DNA of 64,000 nt from a virus: positions 1 through 64,000 of IMG/VR virus record IMGVR_UViG_3300010354_000047; one strand, given 5' to 3'. Below are positions 47,421 through 58,376 of the stretch, in pieces. Below the pieces are notes generated by a model. The model was not told the DNA's origin and did no database searches. It saw only the letters and a program-made list of their open reading frames with translations. Numbering within the stretch: position 1 is the first letter of the stretch; the number at the start of each line of letters is the position of its first letter. The position numbers and the translations under genes are program-made.

Positions 47421-50338
47421 ATGATGAATCTTCAACAAACCTACGCTGGCGTGGATTAAAAAGGTCCCTTTCTTCAGTAATGAAGATCGAAAACTGGGTG
47501 AATTGCTGAAACGCTGAGATGCCAATCAGCAGCCAAGTTTACTTCGGGTCCCTACCGTTAAGATAGGGTGAAGTAAAAAGGTTCAACGACTAGGAGATGA
47601 CTGACCCAAGAATAAATCTCCCACGAGTGCCCAGCTCCATGGATTATTTTCCTTCATTGAAGACCTTCTCCCGAACAGAAGATCGAAACCCGACTTTTAC
47701 TCGGAAAGACACCACATTATACCGAAATGTGTTGGGGGCTCCGATGAAGAAGAAAACCTCATTTACCTCACACCTTCAGAGCACCTGATCGCTCACCAGC
47801 TTCTGGTTAAAACCTTCCCGGAACATTCAAAGCTCAAATCCGCACTGTGGATTATGAGTCACAAGAACGGAAAAAGTTTAACCCCAAAGGAATACGAAGA
47901 ACTTAGGCTTTTATGCTCAGAAACCCTTTCCACTCGGAGAAAGGGGGGTACTTCTCAAGAGACGAAAGATAAGATTAGTAAGATTCACAAAGGTAAGACG
48001 ATTTCAAAAGAGCACAAATTGGCAAACAGCTCGGCTGTCAGAAATTATCTTTTGAATACACCGGAAGGGAGAAGCCAAGCCCAAAGAGGAGGAAAGACTA
48101 CTGGAAAACTCCCTTGGTGGAATAAAGACGGAATTACTAGACGATCTTACGAGTCACCAGGGGAAGGTCGGGTGAGGGGCAGAGGCAAGGGAATTAGCCC
48201 TGCAATGGCCGAAGCGGGATCAAAGAACAAAGGAAAAGTTTACTGGTCCCGAGTTAATTCTTCAGGTGAAATAGAGAGGAGGCGAAGTTTCTCCCCTCCT
48301 TCCGAAGAGTGGACTAGAGGTTATAATCCGGGATGATGATATAGTCTGAACTTTTCAGAATCCAATGAAAAGAGTTAAGGGATAAAAAGCCCTTAAGATA
48401 ACAATTTGCCTATCCTCACAACGCTAGCACAAGGTTTCATGCTCCCGTCTACAAACATCGCAAACTTTATTGCGCCTGTTGTAGACACTCCTACCCGTGC
48501 AGGACGTATTCTGCGCTTTGGTAAGGAACAATTCGCAATCAACGACTTCCGTCGTGCCTATGGAACCAACATTCCCTACGTTCAGAGCCGTTACGACTCT
48601 GAGCCCTACGCCCTCGAACAAGAGGTCGTGGCTTGGGAACTTCCAGAAGAAGTGATCGAGAACGCTGGGGAAGGTCCTGCACAAGTCGACCTCCGGGCGA
48701 TTGAAACAAGGAACGCAATGTCGAGAATCATGAACTCTTATGAGTATACTGTTTCTCAGGCCGTTAGCGTTACTGGTTCCTACAACCCCTATGAGCCCTG
48801 GAACACCGTTCCCGGTTCTCAAACTGGCCTCGGCTTCGAAACCTGGACAGATTTCAACACCGCCTATGCAGCCGCTTCCGGTCCTGCTGCGTGGTCCGCT
48901 CTTTCTTCGAACCCCATCGAAGACGTGAAGACCCTTAAGCGTTCCGTTGCTAACCAGATCGGTATTCGTCCGAACTCTGCCGTTCTTGGAACTGCAGTTT
49001 TTGACCTGTTGCTGACCAACCAGGCGATCCTTGAGCGTATCAAGTACACCAGCGCTGACAGCATCGACACTGACGTCATTGCTCGCTACTTCGGTCTCGA
49101 GCGTGGTGTTCGCGTTGCAGAAGGTCGTTACTTGGCACAAGACGGAACCCTCCAACCGGTATTCCCGGCTAACGGAATCCTCCTGTTCTACAGCCCGAGT
49201 GGTCCTTCTGATTCCATCATGCCTGCTGGTGGTGCTAACGCCGCAACTCCGGCTTTTGCCTACACGTATGTTAATAACATCGTTCCATTCAAGCGAGTTA
49301 GATGCGTGGTTTGACGGTAACGTCAAATTACCTGCCTGATCAGCAGGTCAATGGGGTGAATTGCTGGGACACCTGACGGTTTCAGAAATGAAATACAAGG
49401 TAATCAGCAGCCAAGTTTACTTCGTCGAATCAGGACTAAACTGATTGAAGTAAAAAGGTTCAACGACTAGACGATGAGTTTCGACAACAATAACTCGTCC
49501 ACGAGTGCCCCACTCCTTAAATGCTTTTACCGAAACAAGTACGAAAGATGCTACTGGGAACTAATCTCAGTAACACCTTCCGAGAAACCAAGAACCTTTA
49601 AAACTGAAGAGCACCACATAATCCCTAAGTGCTTAGGGGGACATCCTCGGGAAAAGAGCAACCTTAGCTACCCAACTCCGAGACAACATTTCGTTTTACA
49701 TCGATTGTTGAATAAGATGTTTCCAGATCACGAAGGACTTTTCTACGCTATATTCCGAATGAGCTGTTCGGGAAATAGCAGAGTTTACTCCCACTTAAAG
49801 TTGAACTATGTTCGATCAAGTGAGCATAACCAAAGAATCTCTGAATCTCTACGAGGACAGAGGTTGACGGAAACTCGGAAGAAAAAAAAATCCCGTGCTA
49901 GACTCGCCTCCCCAAATACCTTAAGCGGTGAAGATCACCCCAACTCTAACAAAGACTTAGAAAGTCGAAAAGAAGAGATAAGAAGTGTCTGGTTGGAAAA
50001 TGGCAAACCGGGAGACGTAAAACTAGGCCAATTTCTTGGCTTAGGAACAGGAAAGAAAGGTTACAGGTGTAAAACTCTTCAAAGGTTCATAAAAGAATTT
50101 AAGGATGAAGATATAGTCTGAACTCCGTAAAAATACGGAGAAGTGAAGGATAAAGAGCCTTCGCGTTAACAAATTTGATCAACTCACCGGAACACCCGCT
50201 GTCCGCCCTGAGTACTACATCCGTGAGCGTCGCGTTGTCCGCGCAGAAATCACTATCGAGCGTGTGATCAACCTGGTCGGCCTTGGTGCAACTGGTCTTA
50301 TCGGTTCTGGCGCTATGATCACCGACATCCTGTCCTGA
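47421..50338 (+). CDS. Major capsid protein, three exons: 47421-47456, 48409-49267, 50178-50338 (351 aa spliced)
   Basis: Joins restore MMNLQQTYAGVD|PILTTLAQG and PAFAYT-Y-QLTG...TDILS*; total 1056 nt in frame. Confidence 0.9.
47457..48408 (+). mobile_element. Group I intron 1 in MCP (probably IA type)
   Basis: 5' exon ends in U with P1 GGAU/GUCC; P AATTGCTGAAA, Q AATCAGCAGCC, R GTTCAACGACTA, S GATATAGTC; P3 ctgggtg/tgcccag; terminal G 48408. Confidence 0.92.
47639..48336 (+). pseudogene. Intron-encoded HNH endonuclease with start codon out of frame
   Basis: ERHHIIPKCVGGSDEEENLIYLTPSEHLIAH is in the frame of ORF 47854; ATG 47639 needs one extra nt at the T run 47647-47650; NUMOD3-like ETKDKIS. 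Confidence 0.75.
49268..50177 (+). mobile_element. Group I intron 2 in MCP
   Basis: P1 CACGUAU/AUGCGUG with U.G at the splice site; P AATTGCTGGGA, Q AATCAGCAGCC, R GTTCAACGACTA, S AAGATATAGTC; terminal G 50177. Confidence 0.92.
49474..50121 (+). CDS. Intron-encoded HNH homing endonuclease
   Basis: EEHHIIPKCLGG...NL...TPRQHFVLH; NUMOD3-like segments; GEDHPN. Confidence 0.85.
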   Translation: MSFDNNNSSTSAPLLKCFYRNKYERCYWELISVTPSEKPRTFKTEEHHIIPKCLGGHPREKSNLSYPTPRQHFVLHRLLNKMFPDHEGLFYAIFRMSCSGNSRVYSHLKLNYVRSSEHNQRISESLRGQRLTETRKKKKSRARLASPNTLSGEDHPNSNKDLESRKEEIRSVWLENGKPGDVKLGQFLGLGTGKKGYRCKTLQRFIKEFKDEDIV

Positions 50339-50365
50339 TCGGATAGGAACTAAGGAGGTGCTCAA

Positions 50366-50809
50366 ATGGCTATTCTCAGACCCATTACTAAGGCCCAGTA
50401 CGAAGTTTCTTTCGTCGCGCCAGATGGACCAACCCTGATTGCTACCTTCACGAAGTTCTCAGGAATCAAAGATTCCTCAGACAGCAGTGAATACGCCAAC
50501 GGAACTGGAAACCGTATTTACCATGTTGTCGGCCCAAGAAAAGCTGATAACATCACTCTTACTGCCCCCTACGATCCAACGATCTTCAAGCAGCTTGAGG
50601 TTTACTGGCTCCAGTACAATTGTCGTGAAATCACAGTTACCGTCACTCCAAAAGACTGCGTTGGAAACGGCTCCGCCCCTGCTGGTGGACAATACACATG
50701 CTACGGCTGTCAATTTGTCTCACTCAACACGGCTGAAGCCGACCGCGAAAGCGGCGACGTTCAAGAGATCGAAATCGAACTAACGGTTAACTCTTGGGAT
50801 CGTACCTGA
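50366..50809 (+). CDS. Tail tube protein
   Basis: FTKFSGI, ITLTAPYDP, DRESGDVQEIEIEL; AAGGAGG RBS. Confidence 0.75.
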   Translation: MAILRPITKAQYEVSFVAPDGPTLIATFTKFSGIKDSSDSSEYANGTGNRIYHVVGPRKADNITLTAPYDPTIFKQLEVYWLQYNCREITVTVTPKDCVGNGSAPAGGQYTCYGCQFVSLNTAEADRESGDVQEIEIELTVNSWDRT

Positions 50810-50831
50810 TTCAGTTTTTCATAGTTTTTTC

Positions 50832-50855
50832 GCCCCGACCCGTTCGGGGCTTTTT
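50832..50855 (+). terminator. Rho-independent terminator
   Basis: GCCCCGA-cccgt-TCGGGGC-TTTTT. Confidence 0.85.
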
Positions 50856-50906
50856 ATTACCAATCCAAGGGTAAAACTAGATGAATCACGGTTAGTACTC
50901 TTATAG

Positions 50907-51389
50907 ATGGCCAAGACTTTTTTCTCCCCGGGAGTGATAGTAACAAGCAAGTGGTTGAATGGTTCCCGGCAGATTTACTTTGACGGCCAAGACTTAGACT
51001 GGCACTATGATCCCTTGGGGCTCAAGTCCCTTGTGACAACAGGCCCGGACGGGCTTGATAATCGCTATATCACCCTCTCCACAAGTCAGCCAACGCTTTC
51101 TGGGTCAGGATCATTTATCACTGGCCAGCCGATTTCCGGGGGAAAAGTAGTTTCAGGGTATTGGAATTTCGGATTCGACCCGATTGAAAATCCTTTAGAG
51201 CCTCAAAACTTTGAGAATTCTCCGCGAAGTTATCTCACAAACTTAAAGTACGATGATGCCAACGGAGTCACGATTCCACCTCCGACCATCGCTGACAAGT
51301 TTGCCGCTCTGCAGGACTCTGACCTAATCACAAAGAAAGTTTTGTCAGACCAATTCCAGAATCTTGTAGTCGATAACGGGACCTACTGA
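50907..51389 (+). CDS. Putative baseplate/fibre-attachment protein
   Basis: MAKTFF..G.IVTS.WLN N-terminus typical of fibre anchors. Confidence 0.55.
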   Translation: MAKTFFSPGVIVTSKWLNGSRQIYFDGQDLDWHYDPLGLKSLVTTGPDGLDNRYITLSTSQPTLSGSGSFITGQPISGGKVVSGYWNFGFDPIENPLEPQNFENSPRSYLTNLKYDDANGVTIPPPTIADKFAALQDSDLITKKVLSDQFQNLVVDNGTY

Positions 51390-51400
51390 TAGAGTGAACC

Positions 51401-54229
51401 ATGGCCAGATACTCCCCGCTTCCCTCCGTACCCATTGACCCAAGAAATGAGGCTCAATTAGTTCAGGCAGCGGCACAAAAGGTTTACGAAGCTTCAAACC
51501 GGACGCTAAATGACTTCAGCGCTGGAAACCCTTTAGCCGTTCTTCTCGAGGGGCAGGCTTTCGCCCAGGGCGAATTCCTGTACTGGGCTAACCAGCTCCC
51601 TGAGAAAATTCTGATTGAGTGGATCGGGCCTTTCCTAGGCGCGATGCGAAGGCTCGGAACACCAGCTGCCACGCTCCTACAGGTTACAATCCCGCCATCA
51701 AAGACGGAAACAACTCTTCCAGCCGGGTCCATCTTCTCTACAAATTCGCAGTTAACCTCTGGAGAGAGTTACGAATTTGTCTCATCGGACGATCTGGTCA
51801 TTCCTGCGGGCGATAGCGTAGGGGAGGTTCCCGTTTACTCAAAGTATGTAGGAACCATCTACAACGTCCCCTCTAACACGATCACGGGATCGACAAACAT
51901 TGGGCTCACAAACTTTTCAGTCACAAACCCGCAGCCTGCTGTGGGAGGAAGTGACGTTGAAACGTTTCAGGAAGTTCAGGAAAGATTTTTCACCCTTCTC
52001 CGCCGAAGAAACCCCGTAAGCGAGAGTGACTGGCAAGACTTTTTCACGGACCTTTTTGGAGTCGGAACTCTAACCTCAGTTCAGCCAAATAGAACCAGCT
52101 TCTACGGTTACAACTACGACCTTGACTACCAGATTCCCAACGGTCAAGTCTCCTTTTTCGTCCTCGGCCCAAACGGGACCGAATTGACTGAGCAACAGTT
52201 AACAGCCGGTCAGAATGCCATCAACTACTCCCTCCCGATCGAAAACAGAGCGTACCTCTATCCGATCACTCTGAGCCAAGTTCAGTACAATCTGACCCTG
52301 GAAGTAGATGCCAATGGCAGCTTCGGAAGCAACTATCGTGAATCCTCCCTCAACTTTCGGGACAGGTTGTTCTCAGTCCTAACTCCCGGAAACGTCTTCC
52401 CAGCCGACGTCAATCCTACGGTAAGCGACATTGACGCGGCATTTTACTCCACTTTTGACTCAGCCACTCGATTTCGTGACCCGACGATTGAGGCCTCTGT
52501 TGCCTACAATACTCCGAGTCAACTCAGCCCGAACGCAGCAACTTACACAAACGTATACGACTTTGAGCCAACCGAATACCTTCTAACAGAGAGGGATTTG
52601 GTCGTAGACTACAACCCAAACCCAACCTTCTACCCTGTTGACTCAAGTTTCACTCCTTACTCCACAGACAAGTTTGATCAAACCGTTTACGGAAACCTCT
52701 CCCTGAAGCAAATCAAATTCCTAACGGCTGGTTCCTTTAATTTAGGGGACATCGTTTACTACGATGGGGCTGCGGATCTCGCTCAGCAAGGACTCCATGT
52801 GATACTGGAGAACCTAAACATCAGCTCTTCTTCGCAGATTCTTCCACTGATCGCAAGCGGTAGGATAAGTGGGGTGAAAACTTTCCAACCATGGGTAGTC
52901 GGTAATTCTTATGTGTATGAAACCGACGGGACTATCGACCCCGATATCATAGAGTACGATTACACTTCTGGAGAGTTCATACCAAACTCCCCACCCTCCG
53001 CTATTCCCTTGAACAGCAGACCAGGTGGATTCGCCTGGCTCGTGTCTCAGAATTTCACTCTGCAACCCGAAACAAACGACATTTCCGGAGCTCAGTTGAC
53101 TTCTGCCATCGGTTCTTCCGTAGTTCCCACAAGCCTCGAGACCGGGTCTTCCTACTCCGCAGGAACCTGGGTGTGTACACCGCAAGTCGGAAGTGGTCCG
53201 AGTCCTATAGTTGACCCTTTCTACAACTACGTGGACGTGGAACAAGGTGCTATCGTTAAGTACGCTTATGTAATCTCTTCTTTCACTTTTGCCCCGAACG
53301 AGCTAACGGTTAGCCAATACTTTGACGATCTTGTGACGTCAGGAACACTGCAAGAAGTTCAGCTGTTTGATGGGTCAAATGGGCTCCCTGTCTATAAGTA
53401 TAGAGCACGGTTTAAGGGGGGACAGTACCTCCTGTACAAGGAATCCTCTGGTTCCGCTCCAAAGTACTACATCGCCTCTTCGTTCTTCACCCCAAGCAGC
53501 ACAAACATCCGAGATCTTCTAGCTGATGGTTCGGTGTATGATCTGGCGCCAACCCCTGCCTTGTTTACACAACTTTTGACAGATCTCCAGAGCGAGGTGG
53601 TAACAAAGGATATACATAGAATGTTCACATTCTTCCTAGGGGATCGAACATTCTTCCGGGAAGGCTCTGACGTTCTCTCCTTCACAGCTACTTCTGCAGT
53701 CACACCTTTGTTCAACTTTGACGTTTACCTCAACAACGGTGTCTTCATCAAATCGGATCCCTCAGTAGACGGATTTGAAGAGAGTTCTGACTACATTCCT
53801 TACTACAGTCCGGAGTACGTTGAGACTGCTGAGGACACCATTCTGAGTGAAGACGGTCGCAACCTTTACAGAGTGATGAAAGCCTTCACTCCACAAAGTC
53901 TTGTAACGTCTTGGACAGGAATTGAAGAGGATAATACAGCTAGGTATGAGGAGTATCGAAGAAACCTGCTTCGGTTTGTTGTCAGCTATCGTTGCGAAGA
54001 ATCCGTTCTATCCCAGTATGGGACCGAGACTTCTTCAATTAAACTCGGATCGTGCCAGATTTCAGTGATTCCTAAGAACTATGGCAGGAGCCTTAATTCC
54101 TCTCCTACCATTGTGTATGTTTGGGAGAACACAGCGAACCTAGAGGAAGTCCCTCAACTTTCGTGGTACTCTGAGTCTACTTTCCCGTACACTCCTCCGG
54201 ACTATAAGAACGGAACACTCGCCCTATGA
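51401..54229 (+). CDS. Baseplate J-like protein with long C-terminal extension
   Basis: DPRNE, LNDFS...PL..LLEG, GGSDVET, RRNPVS..D. Confidence 0.85.
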   Translation: MARYSPLPSVPIDPRNEAQLVQAAAQKVYEASNRTLNDFSAGNPLAVLLEGQAFAQGEFLYWANQLPEKILIEWIGPFLGAMRRLGTPAATLLQVTIPPSKTETTLPAGSIFSTNSQLTSGESYEFVSSDDLVIPAGDSVGEVPVYSKYVGTIYNVPSNTITGSTNIGLTNFSVTNPQPAVGGSDVETFQEVQERFFTLLRRRNPVSESDWQDFFTDLFGVGTLTSVQPNRTSFYGYNYDLDYQIPNGQVSFFVLGPNGTELTEQQLTAGQNAINYSLPIENRAYLYPITLSQVQYNLTLEVDANGSFGSNYRESSLNFRDRLFSVLTPGNVFPADVNPTVSDIDAAFYSTFDSATRFRDPTIEASVAYNTPSQLSPNAATYTNVYDFEPTEYLLTERDLVVDYNPNPTFYPVDSSFTPYSTDKFDQTVYGNLSLKQIKFLTAGSFNLGDIVYYDGAADLAQQGLHVILENLNISSSSQILPLIASGRISGVKTFQPWVVGNSYVYETDGTIDPDIIEYDYTSGEFIPNSPPSAIPLNSRPGGFAWLVSQNFTLQPETNDISGAQLTSAIGSSVVPTSLETGSSYSAGTWVCTPQVGSGPSPIVDPFYNYVDVEQGAIVKYAYVISSFTFAPNELTVSQYFDDLVTSGTLQEVQLFDGSNGLPVYKYRARFKGGQYLLYKESSGSAPKYYIASSFFTPSSTNIRDLLADGSVYDLAPTPALFTQLLTDLQSEVVTKDIHRMFTFFLGDRTFFREGSDVLSFTATSAVTPLFNFDVYLNNGVFIKSDPSVDGFEESSDYIPYYSPEYVETAEDTILSEDGRNLYRVMKAFTPQSLVTSWTGIEEDNTARYEEYRRNLLRFVVSYRCEESVLSQYGTETSSIKLGSCQISVIPKNYGRSLNSSPTIVYVWENTANLEEVPQLSWYSESTFPYTPPDYKNGTLAL

Positions 54230-55500
54230 GCCAAATTCTGACCCCGCTTTCTAACGGAAGCGCCCAAATACAGACTTCTTCAACCTTTCAGCAAGGGGTC
54301 AATCTGTCTCCGCAGTATGTAGCTGTAAATAGGCTTTCACCACAACCGACCGAGTGGGATTCTTCAGGAAGGCCAATATACGACCGCCTTCCCTCCGCTT
54401 CAGAACGTTACAAGTTATTCTTCGGTTACGAAGATGATAGTTCATTCATATACTCCCCTCCGGGTTCTGCAAGCACTGGAGTAGGAACTTGTCAAGTCAC
54501 TGAATCCGGGGATAAAAAGTTTCTAGTTATTCAATCGGGGAAGCTTGTTTGGAAGTATGGCTCCCTTGACGTAAACTCTGTAATCATCGACTTACAGGCG
54601 ATGAACATGGTAAATACCAAATACCTTTTGGCTTACCAGCTGGTTTATGAAGACTCCCCTATCATCTCCCCGTATTCTGTCGAAGAATTTTCCTTGTCCG
54701 GTCAAGACCTTCTGGTCTCGAGTGGAACTGATTCAGTCACAGGCTGGCGTTACACTCCGAAGTTCGCTTTCACAGGAGATTCTAGAAGATCCTGGAGAAA
54801 CTACGACGGGTTCTTCTCCTCCTACTCAGGGGACGCTCACCTATCTTGGCAAAGCCCTTATTCCTCAAGTTACTCCCGAATCCTTCTGAGGTGCCCTCCC
54901 GGAACATCCATATCAGGGGCGGCAACTCTATACTACATGCTGTGTGACGAAGAGCTTGAAGAAAATCAGTACTGCACCTCCCCTCAATGGACTGAAGTCA
55001 CTTCCACAAGTGTGAAGAAAGACTCAATCGGTCAATATTTTGAGTTCTCACTGGCGACTCCGATAGCGCAGAGAGGTTGGAAGATTTCATGGGAGGATTC
55101 CAAAGTCTCTGTCTACGACATCCGAGTCTCCGGAACAATCACGCTAAAAAGAAAGCCTGCGACTGCCTTCACAACATATCAGTTAGTAGCATACCCTGAG
55201 AACTCGTTTCCAAAGCGAATCACAAACCTCGGCGGCGACGTGGTGGAAAGTTCCTTTTGCAAACTCGCTTCTGTGGACATAGACCAGTCCTTTCGAGTGC
55301 AAAGAATTCGTGATCTTCGGGAGACGGCCAATAATGAATATCAGCCGATCGCAGACTGGTTAACTTTACCATGGGACGACAACCTGAAAGAAATGTATGA
55401 GCAAGTCAAAGATTACTCGAGATTGTGGATGTCTCCTTCAGAGTGCCTATACCAAGAATACTTGGGACTACAAGAACAATCTATAACGGTGGAGGTCTAA
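54226..55500 (+). CDS. Putative baseplate structural protein
   Basis: Coupled to baseplate J; RPIYDRLP N-terminal motif. Confidence 0.55.
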   Translation: MSQILTPLSNGSAQIQTSSTFQQGVNLSPQYVAVNRLSPQPTEWDSSGRPIYDRLPSASERYKLFFGYEDDSSFIYSPPGSASTGVGTCQVTESGDKKFLVIQSGKLVWKYGSLDVNSVIIDLQAMNMVNTKYLLAYQLVYEDSPIISPYSVEEFSLSGQDLLVSSGTDSVTGWRYTPKFAFTGDSRRSWRNYDGFFSSYSGDAHLSWQSPYSSSYSRILLRCPPGTSISGAATLYYMLCDEELEENQYCTSPQWTEVTSTSVKKDSIGQYFEFSLATPIAQRGWKISWEDSKVSVYDIRVSGTITLKRKPATAFTTYQLVAYPENSFPKRITNLGGDVVESSFCKLASVDIDQSFRVQRIRDLRETANNEYQPIADWLTLPWDDNLKEMYEQVKDYSRLWMSPSECLYQEYLGLQEQSITVEV

Positions 55501-58353
55501 GTGCCGGAACTAAATTCTACTTTCAACGTAAAAGACTTTGAAAACTACGGAAGCACAGACCTTTACTTAACACCAGATCAGCTGGACACAGTTGCTCTAA
55601 CTGAGAGCCGTGTAAATTCCCAATTAGATTGGTTGGCTCAACTTTTGGGATGGAACGGTCCCAATTACTGGAATAATCTCGCATCATCCGTAACAGAAAA
55701 AAGAAGCCTTCAAACAGGCTCTTACGGTATTTACAACGGTTTCATCTTTCCCGAAATCGTAGAAGTACGAAACTGGGATAATAAAGTCGTTGTAAAAGCA
55801 GACCCACGTATCCAGGCTGGACAGACCTTTTTCCTAGGGGACGAGACTTACACCCTTCTGAGTCTGTCCTCAGAAAATGATCTATACTTCTTAGACTTCG
55901 GAACTTTTACGGAGCAGTTTGTAGAAGATATCAACTCCAATAATCAACTAAAAGTCCTAAGCCCCAATGCTCTACCTACCCCTTTCTCGAGAAAGTCCGC
56001 AGGGGTCTCAGGAGACTTTTCGTTCTTGTGTCAAGTTAGCGGAACCTCCTTAAGTCTTTATCCGTCATTCGACACGAACTTCCAGTTTCCTGTTCTGTTC
56101 AATACGCTTTTCAAAGGTTCTCGTTACTTCTTTGATAAACCGGTTTCTCTCCAGATAGGGCTCGATACCGTGAACCCGGAGTATGATTTCACTCGGGAAA
56201 GGTGGTATATTGATGTTCCACCCGTAACAAAGAATGATACAAACATTGAAGAAACTCTGACCTACGGTTTGTCGTCTTTACGAGTTCGATTGAAAGATTG
56301 GACAGACCCTTCTGACTGGGTTAATTCCAGCACTATTCAGAACTTCAAAGGAGTCTGGTCCAACAAAGGAGGGAAATTCCCGTTTCACTTTGTGTTTGAC
56401 GCCCTGAACCTTCATGGATTTGATGATGAAACATCTGTCTACCTTGGAGAGTTTGAAAGATCCATTTCCTTTGACTCCCTTCTGAATCACATTTACTATC
56501 AGATTGCGTCTACAGAGCCCGACTCGCCAAGCCCAGAGTTCGGAAGAGTTTGGTGGAACAGTCAGACAGGTAACTTCTCAGTGTTTGTAGGGGATTCCTT
56601 AAACTGCGGACCATGGGTGGAAATTGCCTATCCGTACAACCCTGAAGTCGGCCCCGCTCCGGACTACGTTTTTTCCGATGTTTCGAGCTTTCTAGCTTTC
56701 CCCGACGAGATTCCCTCAGGTTGTCTTGTAGACATTCTAGACGCTTCCGGTCTGAACCCCTCCCTTGGGATTGAGGGTCTTGTAGAACCTCTTTCAGGTC
56801 CATGCCGAGTTCAAATCTACAAGAGGGAGGACTCCCCTTACTGGACATTCTTCCTAATCATTTTCGATGATGAGCCTAGTTTTGACGCAAATGCGACTGT
56901 TCTCCCTGAGAAAGTAGTAATCAAGATTCTGGATTCGTTGGGTCTAACATCAAGTTCAGGAAATTATAGAGTCCAGAACCTTGGGGCTACCATAACAGGT
57001 CAGTACCCGTTGCTCCTGATGAAGGATGTTTATGCAGGAGCGTGGTACATTTCCCCTCCTTCTTATCTCCGTTACATCGGTGACACTCGTTTGTTCGAAA
57101 GTTCCCTTAATTTCGCAAACCCTGTGGGCGGAGAGCTGAATTGGGATTTTTCAGTTCCCGTACCAGAAAACCGCCTTGCGAGAATTTTTTACTACAGCAA
57201 TTGGCAACAAGACCCTTTGACTTCGGAGTGGGAACTTACGGGGGACTGGGTTGCTATAAATGATGAAAATTCCGTTCTTCCTGCACCGGTAACAATCGAC
57301 TTTGGTTCCATTCTTGTCTACTGCAACGACACCTTGCTTTCCCCCAATGATTCTTACCAGAATGAAGACTTTCAAATAAGTTACACGATCGATTCTGGAG
57401 ACGGACTTTTCACCTTTAAATACATTCCGATCTCTTACACAGGGGTCATAACTCTTCCAGTCATTACAATCTCTGACTCTCTAACAACCGTCTTCAGACA
57501 CGACATATCTGAGGTAGTTTTTAGTGGTCTGCAGTACTACATGTCCTCAAATGTTGAGAATTCGCAAAAGTTGTTAAGAGTGTGGAAGACAGAAGCCCTT
57601 CAAGTTACGGATTCCCTTTCGGAGTTGTCTTCCCTGAGATATCTTAACCCACTAGTTGCAGATCAAAATCAAGGCCCAGCAGATGACAACTGGGAAAGAT
57701 ACTTCCTACGTCTCCCCCCATCCTATCAAAGGAATGGGGCGGAGTGGCAAAAGGTGAACCTGGTTTGTCAGAATTTCGGCTACTGGGGATCCTCAACAAA
57801 CCCGGAGAAAATGTCCTGTTCTCAGTCCGATCTCGTTCCTGAAATATACGAAGAGGTACTGATTTACGGAAAACCTAAGGAACAACACACGTATCTTTAC
57901 AGTGAGCCATATCTCTACTCTGAGATTGCTTACTCCTACGATGCTTCCTCTCTTGACTTTGATAACTCTGATGTTCTTTCCGGTTTTGATCGGCCATATG
58001 ATGACTTTGACGAGGCAGAAATTCAGAACTATGAACCTTTGCACAATCGCAGAGCGGAATTGAGTCAACCTCTTTCCTCTCCGGACTATGGTAACTGGGT
58101 CGGTATGTACTTTAGGTCGGCAGCTTGTTTCGACCTCTCAGGTTTCCTTGTTAATGACATTGAAGCTGGTGTTCTTGAAGCAATGTCACCACCCGTTTGG
58201 GATGCGAGTATCTATAAGTTTCCTCCGATCTGTGGACCGAGTTCCTCAGATAATTTGGAGGATGTAAACCACTTCAAGGTGGGGTATGCCTTTTTCGCTG
58301 CAGACTTGTCCTCCGCTGGTGAAGCAGTTTTCGATCTAGTCTCGGCAGGGTAA
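55501..58353 (+). CDS. Putative baseplate/tail structural protein
   Basis: 950 aa; LDWLAQLLGW (tail protein I-like) near the N-terminus. Confidence 0.6.
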   Translation: MPELNSTFNVKDFENYGSTDLYLTPDQLDTVALTESRVNSQLDWLAQLLGWNGPNYWNNLASSVTEKRSLQTGSYGIYNGFIFPEIVEVRNWDNKVVVKADPRIQAGQTFFLGDETYTLLSLSSENDLYFLDFGTFTEQFVEDINSNNQLKVLSPNALPTPFSRKSAGVSGDFSFLCQVSGTSLSLYPSFDTNFQFPVLFNTLFKGSRYFFDKPVSLQIGLDTVNPEYDFTRERWYIDVPPVTKNDTNIEETLTYGLSSLRVRLKDWTDPSDWVNSSTIQNFKGVWSNKGGKFPFHFVFDALNLHGFDDETSVYLGEFERSISFDSLLNHIYYQIASTEPDSPSPEFGRVWWNSQTGNFSVFVGDSLNCGPWVEIAYPYNPEVGPAPDYVFSDVSSFLAFPDEIPSGCLVDILDASGLNPSLGIEGLVEPLSGPCRVQIYKREDSPYWTFFLIIFDDEPSFDANATVLPEKVVIKILDSLGLTSSSGNYRVQNLGATITGQYPLLLMKDVYAGAWYISPPSYLRYIGDTRLFESSLNFANPVGGELNWDFSVPVPENRLARIFYYSNWQQDPLTSEWELTGDWVAINDENSVLPAPVTIDFGSILVYCNDTLLSPNDSYQNEDFQISYTIDSGDGLFTFKYIPISYTGVITLPVITISDSLTTVFRHDISEVVFSGLQYYMSSNVENSQKLLRVWKTEALQVTDSLSELSSLRYLNPLVADQNQGPADDNWERYFLRLPPSYQRNGAEWQKVNLVCQNFGYWGSSTNPEKMSCSQSDLVPEIYEEVLIYGKPKEQHTYLYSEPYLYSEIAYSYDASSLDFDNSDVLSGFDRPYDDFDEAEIQNYEPLHNRRAELSQPLSSPDYGNWVGMYFRSAACFDLSGFLVNDIEAGVLEAMSPPVWDASIYKFPPICGPSSSDNLEDVNHFKVGYAFFAADLSSAGEAVFDLVSAG

Positions 58354-58376
58354 AACACTTTATACGAAAGTCAAGC

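Noticed and set aside
49268-49314. C-terminus VNNIVPFKRVRCVV and TTG start of ORF 48406-49314
   Set aside because: Both are intron sequence; splicing gives the true termini.
48424-49326. 300-aa minus-strand ORF (also 46499-47116, 3313-3969, 31194-31838 and similar)
   Set aside because: Antisense shadows of codon-biased + strand genes; no motifs or RBS.
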